Positions 26,159 to 33,017 of a DNA stretch of 33,017 nt are shown here, one piece after another. Position 1 is the stretch's first letter. Every line of letters starts with the position of its first letter. The DNA comes from an uncultured Pseudomonadota bacterium (lineage in GTDB: Bacteria > Babelota > Babeliae > Babelales > UBA12409). A model generated the notes under the pieces. That model did no database searches, was not told the DNA's origin, and worked only from the letters and a program-made list of their open reading frames with translations. Location of the stretch: assembly GCA_964432975.1 (NCBI GenBank), contig CAYSPS010000004.1, forward strand, positions 8,683-41,699. Reading direction: 5' to 3'. A program made the position numbers and the translations under genes.

Positions 26159-26193
26159 GCGGAGGCGATTAGTTACCGCCTCCGCTTTTTCTT
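26159..26193 (+). terminator. Rho-independent terminator
   Basis: 9-bp GC-rich stem GCGGAGGCG (26159-26167) pairing with CGCCTCCGC (26177-26185), a 9-nt loop, then TTTTTCTT. Confidence 0.75.
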
Positions 26194-26198
26194 AAAAC

Positions 26199-27065
26199 AT
26201 GAAAAAATATTTTGTGCTTTTTTTACTTTCAAGCACCGCTCTCATCAAATGTACAACAGACAATGATGGTGACATTGTCATCGATGAAATTAAAGCAATA
26301 GTACAAGATGCCGCGCAAACAAAAGTTATAACCGCATCTGACGTTACACGTCGTGATTTTGATGGTGCTACACACAATGTACAAGATTTAGTCACAGAAA
26401 CCGCCAAAGATCTCCGTGCTGGACGCTTAGGCGTATCAATTGAAACCGAAGATGTCGACCGCTACTTACGCGCCATGGCCAATGAAGACACTGATATGTC
26501 TAAAGAAGCATTGACCAAAATGGCGCTCGAGCATGGCTATGAAACACTTGATGAATTTTATGATGATCTCAAGCGCTTATACCGCGCCAACACAACTATG
26601 GATCAAGAAATAAAATCACAATTAGCGGTCAGCGAACAAGAAGCTCGTACTTATTATAACGCGCATCCGCAACATAAAGATAAGGTGTACTATTTACAAA
26701 CGACGCTCATACCATTTTCCGACCACATGAGCAAAGAAGAACTCAAAAAAACTTTGGAGGATCCGGAAAAACGTGCATCGGCTGCAACGATCGATTGGCA
26801 AGCCCCCTTTGATATTACTGAAAATGAACTCGCCCAAGACAAAAGCTTTATCAAAACAATGCACATTGGTGACGTGCATGTAGTTGAAACCGAAAATGGC
26901 TTTATGCTGTATAAGCTCAAAAATCTTATCGATAAACATCTGGTATCATTTGAAGAACGTCGCAAAGATATCATAAAGACATTACGTGAAGAAAAATTTA
27001 CACAAGCGTACCAAAAATATAACAATCAAGTTTTGGCTGACGCAAGCGTCACGTACTGTCCGTAG
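26199..27065 (+). CDS. Second SurA-like periplasmic chaperone
   Basis: Signal peptide MKKYFVLFLLSSTALI. The SurA-N-like and parvulin-like layout (VSEQEARTYYNAHPQHKD...GFMLYKLKN) parallels the preceding gene. Confidence 0.55.
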   Translation: MKKYFVLFLLSSTALIKCTTDNDGDIVIDEIKAIVQDAAQTKVITASDVTRRDFDGATHNVQDLVTETAKDLRAGRLGVSIETEDVDRYLRAMANEDTDMSKEALTKMALEHGYETLDEFYDDLKRLYRANTTMDQEIKSQLAVSEQEARTYYNAHPQHKDKVYYLQTTLIPFSDHMSKEELKKTLEDPEKRASAATIDWQAPFDITENELAQDKSFIKTMHIGDVHVVETENGFMLYKLKNLIDKHLVSFEERRKDIIKTLREEKFTQAYQKYNNQVLADASVTYCP

Positions 27066-28302
27066 ATTTTTCAGGAGTACGCTCACGCTCTTCAGATACG
27101 TGTAAAAGTTCCAATGTTTTTTCTGTAAGACGCTGCGCATCTTTTTGCAATTCAGGTTTTTGATCAAAATAAGCACGCACAAGCGCATCGCTCGACATTT
27201 CTAAATGCACCGACGTCCGACGCTCCCGCATTGGCGTTGGGCGTATGGGAATGATTCCCACAATATGATGCGCGTTGGCACACGCCTGGTGCACCAACGT
27301 ACTGTTAACTGCATCTTGTTCATTGTGCGGCACATGATATACAATTTTAACGATCGCACCCGTTATCTTATGCGCTTCAATGCGACGGATAATTTGTTGC
27401 GTTTGATCTTCATCAGCACGCAATGTAACATCAATTTGCGCAAACGGCCGTGTCGGGGTTACAATACGCTGAATTTGTACGTTGCCTTTTTTTTCTAAAC
27501 TCACGAGGCAAAATCCTTTTTCTTCATCACGTTCAGAAAAATCGATTCGCTCAAGGGAACCGGCATATACCATGGGAATCGCAGAGGAACTGATCTGTTG
27601 ATAACGATGAATGTGCCCAAGCGCGCAATAATCAAACGGTTCGCACGCGAGTTGTGATGGCAATAAAATCACATCAGAACCAGATAATGCACGTTTTTCT
27701 GAACCAGAAAAAATTGCTTCGCTTACGCTCACATGTCCAGCAAGTATCGCGGGAATTTCTTTGTCTAGCTCACGTGCAAAATCACGCACAATATTGCCAA
27801 CCGCTTGTGATATATAGTCTTGCACACCTGCGGTTGCACATAGCACCTGCGCATTCAGCGCCAGATTACTTCGCGTTGGCCATGGCAAGCCAATAATATT
27901 TACTGGCCCATGCACAGTGATAAGCTGCAAAATTTTTGGTTGAGAAATGACATAAAATCCATCAACAGGAAGCGCGGCAAACACATCTAATGCATGAGCA
28001 CGGCCAAAACTCACCGGATGGTCGTGATTGCCCACAACAATTACTACAGGGATATGTGCATGATACAAACGCATGAATGCTTGAAACAAAAATTTCTGGT
28101 GCGTCGGTGTGGGATATGCAGTTTTGTATGCATCGCCACAAAATAAAAAAAAATCGACATGCTCAGCAATGGCCGTATCGATACAAAAATTAAGAGCGAC
28201 ATTAAAATCTAACAAACGCGTATGCACCCCGGTGTGCGCATCAATGTGCCCATAATTTTCAATGCCCAAGTGAATGTCAGCGGTATGAATAAAGCGAACC
28301 AT
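27049..28302 (-). CDS. sbcD: SbcD/Mre11-family nuclease
   Basis: Calcineurin-like phosphoesterase motifs: IHTADIHLG, FCGDAY, VVGNHD, LAGHVSV, ALGHIH. 417 aa. Confidence 0.85.
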   Translation of the reverse strand: MVRFIHTADIHLGIENYGHIDAHTGVHTRLLDFNVALNFCIDTAIAEHVDFFLFCGDAYKTAYPTPTHQKFLFQAFMRLYHAHIPVVIVVGNHDHPVSFGRAHALDVFAALPVDGFYVISQPKILQLITVHGPVNIIGLPWPTRSNLALNAQVLCATAGVQDYISQAVGNIVRDFARELDKEIPAILAGHVSVSEAIFSGSEKRALSGSDVILLPSQLACEPFDYCALGHIHRYQQISSSAIPMVYAGSLERIDFSERDEEKGFCLVSLEKKGNVQIQRIVTPTRPFAQIDVTLRADEDQTQQIIRRIEAHKITGAIVKIVYHVPHNEQDAVNSTLVHQACANAHHIVGIIPIRPTPMRERRTSVHLEMSSDALVRAYFDQKPELQKDAQRLTEKTLELLHVSEERERTPEKSTDST

Positions 28303-28308
28303 GCTAGC

Positions 28309-29469
28309 TTAAAGACTCTCACTCTGCGCGAGCGAACTTGCAGCAATTATCTGACTTTCATCAATAATACGTGCAGGATTTACCGATGCTTCAACAACAC
28401 ACCGCTCAACATGGCTAAAACTTGCAATGGTCGCCTGCGCCTTAACAACGCTATGGTGATTAATAACGACAAACGGCTGCAGTGTACATGATGGCTCAAG
28501 AATGCTATCAGAAATTGATGCATGTGATGAAATCACACAATTATCACCAATCACTGCATTGCGCAAAGTAACAAATGGTCCAATGTGTACATTTTGACCA
28601 ATACTTGTTGCGCCAAATAATTGTACACCGCACCCAACGGTTGTACCTGCGCCAATATGCACGAGAGCATCAACATGGACATTGTGTGCCGCTGAAAAAC
28701 GTACCCCATTTGCCATAAAGCGCTCAATTGCCTCAGAACGCTTAATATGTTCTGCTACCCATAGTTCACGCAATGTGTTCACACCGCGCACTTTGTCAAA
28801 CGGTGCTTCTACCGTGTTGACGCGCAAACCTTTTTCACTGGCAATCTCTGCTAATGTCGTTAAATAAAATTCGCCGCTTGAATGATGCCGCGGCAAATTA
28901 TCAATCACATCTTGCAAAAAAGCACGATTAAAAATATAAATTCCACCGTTAATTGAAAAAGCATCATGTGGCAGTTGTGGCAAATGGCGTTCTTCAACAA
29001 TTTTTACAAACATGTCATGCGTAATTACAATGCCATACCCACGCACCGATGGATCAATATTTGTCGCAACAATAAATGACATCGCTGCATTGGTTTGCAC
29101 ATGTTTTTCAATCAAATCTTGCAACATCTCACGAGTCAGCAATGGTGCATCACCATTGAGTACCAAAATATGATCTGCCGTCCATTGATTTTTAGTGCAT
29201 TGCAGAGCATGACCAGTCCCAAGCTGTTCTTGTTGGTGAACAAAAGAAAAATTATCGCCGGGATGATATTGGGCAACCGCTGCTTGCACTAATTCACGTT
29301 TATGCCCGACAACAATAATGGTCGGGATGCGCAGCGCAGCCAAAAGCTCTGTGGTGTAGATCAACATCTGTTTACCACACAATGGCTCAACCAGTTTTGA
29401 ACGATCATTATTAAACCGTGACGATCTTCCAGCCGCCAAAATGACGGCTTGTACATGCGCACTGCTCAT
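28309..29469 (-). CDS. glmU: GlmU-like sugar-1-phosphate nucleotidyltransferase with a shortened left-handed beta-helix
   Basis: AVILAAGRSSRF, QLGTGHAL, LVLNGDAPLL, then hexapeptide repeats. At 386 aa it is shorter than the roughly 456 aa I recall for E. coli GlmU. Confidence 0.75.
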   Translation of the reverse strand: MSSAHVQAVILAAGRSSRFNNDRSKLVEPLCGKQMLIYTTELLAALRIPTIIVVGHKRELVQAAVAQYHPGDNFSFVHQQEQLGTGHALQCTKNQWTADHILVLNGDAPLLTREMLQDLIEKHVQTNAAMSFIVATNIDPSVRGYGIVITHDMFVKIVEERHLPQLPHDAFSINGGIYIFNRAFLQDVIDNLPRHHSSGEFYLTTLAEIASEKGLRVNTVEAPFDKVRGVNTLRELWVAEHIKRSEAIERFMANGVRFSAAHNVHVDALVHIGAGTTVGCGVQLFGATSIGQNVHIGPFVTLRNAVIGDNCVISSHASISDSILEPSCTLQPFVVINHHSVVKAQATIASFSHVERCVVEASVNPARIIDESQIIAASSLAQSESL

Positions 29470-29512
29470 TTCACATTCCCTGTTTTAATTTCAAGTACCC
29501 GGTATAAGATAG

Positions 29513-29546
29513 CAAAAAAAGAGAGGGGAAACGAATACCCCTCTCT
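29513..29546 (-). terminator. Rho-independent terminator after the 29572-30564 gene
   Basis: 9-bp stem AGAGAGGGG (29520-29528) pairing with CCCCTCTCT (29538-29546). On the reverse strand it is followed by a T7 run (plus-strand A-run 29514-29519). Confidence 0.65.
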
Positions 29547-29571
29547 GATTTTAGCATAAATGTGTTCTGAG

Positions 29572-30564
29572 TTATATTTTTTCTGGCAGTACCAAACTAT
29601 CTGACGCGGCAAAAATATCGCGCAGATTTTGTGCTGAACTTCCAGAACCTTCTCGTCTAATTTCCCGTTCAAGCTCGGCGCGGATTGCCGCGTACACATT
29701 TTTTATATTCTTACGCACAGCTTTATACTGCTCCCGTGCGCGTTGTAAATCAGCGCGTAATTGATCATCTTCAGACATTGTTGCCAATTCAACAAGTGCA
29801 TGCGCGTCTTGCTGCTGTTTTATGTTGACATAATATTTACGCAAACTCGTCAAAAACATACACAACGGCTCAATGAACGGCACAAGTTGCTCATTAACGC
29901 CCTGCACATAACTTCGAATAAACTCAGTTTTATCAGCCAATGTATGGGGGGCTACTGGTTCCAGAGAAAAATCTGCCCCATCAAAATCAAAACTAACCAA
30001 TGGATTTTGATGAGCACGCAATGTACGTAGATTCATAGTAACACGCTGCAAGATTGCTTGATGGTTTGCACATAAAATCTCATTTTTGCCAATACACAAT
30101 GCTGCATTAAAAGAAGGATTTTGTCCAAATCGTTCAAAAAGCGGACGAATATGGCATTCAAAGCGTCTCGATCGCTCACAAGCTGAACAACTTGTACGCG
30201 CCAAAGCACCGGCAAAGTCAAGTAACTGCGACAGTTCCTCAGCCTCTTCTAACCCAAACATATCACGCAGTGTCCATCGCGAATTTTGTCGGTCATAGCT
30301 TAAATTTATATTCGTTGACATATGCGCCATTACCCGTTCACACTCGGCCAATTTCACGCTGGCCTGGCACAGCTCGTGGCAATCATGTGCAACTGAATGC
30401 ATACGCTTGAGCAAACTTGCACAAAATTGTAATCGCGCACGATATTCTGCCGGACTTATACTCTCCGGCTCAAAACCGCGCATAACATGAGCGGCAGTCT
30501 CGCGAGTTTCCATACCATATGCTAACAATGGCAAAAACAAGAATACAGATAACTGTTTTAACAT
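29572..30564 (-). CDS. Hypothetical secreted Cys-rich helical protein, unknown family
   Basis: ATG 30564 with GAGGG 7 nt upstream. Signal peptide MLKQLSVFLFLPLLAYG. 330 aa with many Cys. Confidence 0.6.
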   Translation of the reverse strand: MLKQLSVFLFLPLLAYGMETRETAAHVMRGFEPESISPAEYRARLQFCASLLKRMHSVAHDCHELCQASVKLAECERVMAHMSTNINLSYDRQNSRWTLRDMFGLEEAEELSQLLDFAGALARTSCSACERSRRFECHIRPLFERFGQNPSFNAALCIGKNEILCANHQAILQRVTMNLRTLRAHQNPLVSFDFDGADFSLEPVAPHTLADKTEFIRSYVQGVNEQLVPFIEPLCMFLTSLRKYYVNIKQQQDAHALVELATMSEDDQLRADLQRAREQYKAVRKNIKNVYAAIRAELEREIRREGSGSSAQNLRDIFAASDSLVLPEKI

Positions 30565-30603
30565 AACTTTCCCTCTAAGATCATTGTGTTTATTAATATT
30601 AAT

Positions 30604-30632
30604 ACCATATTCTATAACGATGTTATTGTCAA
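30604..30632 (-). promoter_or_regulatory. Candidate promoter TTGACA-17-TATGGT
   Basis: On the reverse strand the -35 is at 30627-30632 and the -10 at 30604-30609, about 40 nt upstream of ATG 30564. Confidence 0.4.
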
Positions 30633-30741
30633 ATATGATTTATTATAAACAGCAAAGACACACCCCGTCACATGTGCAGCAAACACTTTCAAAAACTATG
30701 AATTGCGCTATGCTAAAGCTGTTTAAACATCGATTTTCAGG

Positions 30742-30835
30742 GGAGAGATGGCTGAGTGGTCGAAAGCGGCCGCCTCGAAAGCGGTTGTCCCGTTGCAAAA
30801 TGGGACCGTGGGTTCGAATCCCACTCTCTCCTCCA
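30742..30835 (+). tRNA. tRNA-Ser (anticodon CGA)
   Basis: GGAGAGATGGCTGAGTGGTCGAAAGCG-GCCGC-CTCGAAA-GCGGT...long variable arm...GTGGGTTCGAATCCCAC-TCTCTCC-TCCA. Confidence 0.9.
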
Positions 30836-30859
30836 GGTAAAAACTGCGAGGCATTGTAC

Positions 30860-32110
30860 ATGACTCATTACATGCGAGCACTTGGCGTACTAAGCGTTAT
30901 CCTCTGCATGAGCGTGCGCGCGTACTTAGACAATCCAATTTTTTTCCCGTTTGATGATCACATCACGTGGCGCACTCGGCAAAAACCCTCATGCACCAAT
31001 CTCAATTTATTTTTCATGACATCAGATAAGGGACGCAATGAACACGGCGACAACATTTGGCTACCCGCGCTCGGCGGCGTTTATGATGTTGCAAAAATCA
31101 ACACCGCACTTAATACCGTTGGCATCACCAACCCTTATTACCCTTCTGAATGGATCGTTATTGAAATACCCTATCAAAGCTTTGGTACCGTTCGTTCAAT
31201 CGGTATTGAAGGCTGGCTTGAATATGCAATAACCAATCACTTTTCGCTTGGTGTTGACAGCGCCCTTATGCATGTGACAAGCCGCCGCGCCGAATCAATT
31301 ACCGAAGATGCGTTACGCAATTTATCAATTAATCGCAGTCCAGACAACACATTCACCGGACGCGAACGTACGCTTGAAGTCGCTCGTTTAAACGCACATA
31401 ATCTTTTGGGTGTCGCAAGTCAACAATGGCAAGAAACGGGCTTAAGTGATACCGAATTATACCTTCGCGCTGGTATCATCAATGACTACACCTGGAAAGT
31501 CAAGCAATACGATCTTTCACTTACTCTCGGAGGCATTTTCCCTACTGGACAGTTGCTTGCATTAAACAATGCTGCTTCAATTCCCTTTGGTGGCAATGGG
31601 CACTGGGGCATATTTCTTAAGGGAGATGCAAATTTCGAGTTAACCGATGATATCTTTGCTGGCTTTTGGCTTTATGGATCAAAACGTTTCACAAAAACAT
31701 ATCCTATGCGTTTGCCTGTTGCGCAAGAACCTTTGCAGTTTGGTGCATTAATCGCCAACACACGCGTACAACCGGGCTGGCTCATTGCACTCTCACCGTA
31801 TGTAATCATCGATGACATTCAAGACGGTTTTGGCGCCTATGGTGCTTATACCTTTATTCATCATTTCTGTTCGCAATACACCTGCTTTGGCACAACATAC
31901 ACGCCAAATTTTGCACGCATGTTAGATGCGTCTATTTGGACAAATGAATTTTTCACCCTTGGCATCGATTATGATTCAACTAAAGCGCCACTCATTCGCG
32001 AATATGGCCATCGCGTGTTTCTTGATCTTGTAATTCCAACAAATCTTTTTGATGCAAAACGTGTCAGTAAAACATATCGTTTAAGCCTAGGTGTAGAATT
32101 TCACTTTTAA
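30860..32110 (+). CDS. Putative outer-membrane beta-barrel protein
   Basis: The track ORF 30584-32110 reads through tRNA-Ser, so I trimmed it to ATG 30860. Signal peptide MTHYMRALGVLSVILCMSVRA. Alternating-hydrophobic strands and a C-terminal ...LSLGVEFHF ending in Phe. Confidence 0.6.
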   Translation: MTHYMRALGVLSVILCMSVRAYLDNPIFFPFDDHITWRTRQKPSCTNLNLFFMTSDKGRNEHGDNIWLPALGGVYDVAKINTALNTVGITNPYYPSEWIVIEIPYQSFGTVRSIGIEGWLEYAITNHFSLGVDSALMHVTSRRAESITEDALRNLSINRSPDNTFTGRERTLEVARLNAHNLLGVASQQWQETGLSDTELYLRAGIINDYTWKVKQYDLSLTLGGIFPTGQLLALNNAASIPFGGNGHWGIFLKGDANFELTDDIFAGFWLYGSKRFTKTYPMRLPVAQEPLQFGALIANTRVQPGWLIALSPYVIIDDIQDGFGAYGAYTFIHHFCSQYTCFGTTYTPNFARMLDASIWTNEFFTLGIDYDSTKAPLIREYGHRVFLDLVIPTNLFDAKRVSKTYRLSLGVEFHF

Positions 32111-32128
32111 CGTTAAATGAGTTTAGTT

Positions 32129-33017
32129 ATGAAAAAAATAGTCGAAAAATGTTTGCCCGCACGTAGACTTTTTAGTTTATTCTCTAATGATATCGCCATG
32201 GACTTAGGAACAGCAAATACGGTTGTTTTTGTACGCCACAAGGGCATCGTACTTGATGAACCCTCTGTTGTCGCCGTAAAACTCAATACCAACGAAGTTT
32301 TAGCAGCTGGCAAAGTAGCTAAAGAGATGTTGGGTAAAACTCCTGAAAGCATCATCGCCTGTCGTCCAATTCGTGACGGCGTTATCGCCGATTTTGAAAA
32401 AGCGGAAAGTATGATTTCATTTTTTATTCGCAAAGTACACGACAATCGCATGACACTTGTACGACCACGCATGGTAATTGGTGTCCCATCAGGTATCACA
32501 CCCGTTGAATTACGTGCCGTTGGCGAATCAGCAAAACAAGCGGGCGCACGTGGTGATGGCGTATACATTATTAAAGAACCAATTGCTGCTGCTATTGGCG
32601 CCGGATTACCCATTCACGAACCACGCGCAAATATGATTGTTGATATTGGCGGTGGCACCACTGAAGTTGCCGTTATCACGCTCATGGGTGAAGTTTTTTG
32701 TCGATCAATTCGTGTAGGCGGCGATGAAATGGACAATGCCATCGCACAGTACATTAAAAGAAAATACAACTTGCTTATTGGCGAACGTACTGCAGAATTG
32801 ATTAAAATAAAAATTGGCACCGTTATGCCCGATTCGCGTCGTGAATCGATGCTTGTCAAAGGACGCGATCTGGTCACTGGCGTACCAAAAACCATTGATC
32901 TCACCAGCGAAGAGGCCCACTTTCTAAGAGAACGGATCATCAAGTCAGAACAATCAAAGAATTCGCTGATGGCTTATATTCTGAGGAATAACTTATTTGA
33001 TGTTGTTGAATGCAATG
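32129..33017 (+). CDS. mreB: Rod-shape-determining protein MreB (3' end beyond window)
   Basis: Absent from the ORF track because no stop lies in the window. ATG 32129, then ...[15 protein letters not shown]...VVAV...[10 protein letters not shown]...[12 protein letters not shown]...[13 protein letters not shown]...[15 protein letters not shown]...GGDEMD...[10 protein letters not shown]. Confidence 0.9.
   Translation, partial: MKKIVEKCLPARRLFSLFSNDIAMDLGTANTVVFVRHKGIVLDEPSVVAVKLNTNEVLAAGKVAKEMLGKTPESIIACRPIRDGVIADFEKAESMISFFIRKVHDNRMTLVRPRMVIGVPSGITPVELRAVGESAKQAGARGDGVYIIKEPIAAAIGAGLPIHEPRANMIVDIGGGTTEVAVITLMGEVFCRSIRVGGDEMDNAIAQYIKRKYNLLIGERTAELIKIKIGTVMPDSRRESMLVKGRDLVTGVPKTIDLTSEEAHFLRERIIKSEQSKNSLMAYILRNNLFDVVECN

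Noticed and set aside
30584-30859. N-terminal 92 aa of the track ORF 30584-32110
   Set aside because: It reads through tRNA-Ser(CGA) at 30742-30835 (the ...GERWLSGRKRP... translation of a tRNA). The signal peptide begins at ATG 30860.
32113-32943. Minus-strand ORFs 32113-32613 and 32614-32943
   Set aside because: Both are antisense to an unmistakable mreB reading frame on the plus strand, which is missing from the track only because it has no stop in the window.
32915-33017. Apparent loss of MreB similarity in the last ~100 nt (possible insertion or contig junction)
   Set aside because: The frame stays open. The spacing and pattern EEA..LRE...(~20 aa)...L.DVVE.N still parallel the MreB EEALRE...ELSADIIDRG with only a 2-aa length difference. 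This looks like a divergent segment, not a break.
1-33017. CRISPR arrays, rRNA genes, prophage, integron or defence-island signatures
   Set aside because: Scanning the intergenic regions (all shorter than ~260 nt) showed no regularly spaced direct repeats. No integrase, recombinase, restriction, toxin-antitoxin or phage structural genes were recognised apart from the IS3 element.

Overview
Gene-dense bacterial chromosomal segment, apparently from a diderm with a compact genome: there are secretins, SurA-like chaperones and a beta-barrel OMP ending in Phe, plus 4-nt gene overlaps, overlapping convergent stops and tRNAs with encoded CCA. Left to right: the start of a membrane-protein gene running off the left edge; an IS3-family insertion sequence whose transposase frame is broken; a membrane-anchored binding-protein-like gene; trxB and tig directly behind tRNA-Leu and tRNA-Lys; an orphan secreted protein; tRNA-Ser and tRNA-Arg; prfA and rpmE; a small membrane protein plus two glycosyltransferase-like genes translationally coupled to eno; a five-gene minus-strand secretin operon (GspC-like, secretin, PilM/PilN-like fusion, PilO/GspM-like, second secretin); a MoxR AAA+ ATPase; a polytopic membrane protein convergent with a small secreted protein; an S9 serine peptidase; two tandem SurA/parvulin-like chaperones; sbcD and a short glmU-like gene; an orphan Cys-rich secreted protein; tRNA-Ser followed by a beta-barrel OMP; and the 5' part of mreB. 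No CRISPR array, rRNA or recognisable defence or toxin-antitoxin module was seen. The most unusual element is the secretin operon, which has two paralogous secretins and a fused PilM/PilN-like protein but no secretion ATPase, platform protein or (pseudo)pilin gene anywhere in the window. All functional calls come from reading motifs in the translated ORFs by eye, with no database search, and the lineage cannot be named from this window alone.
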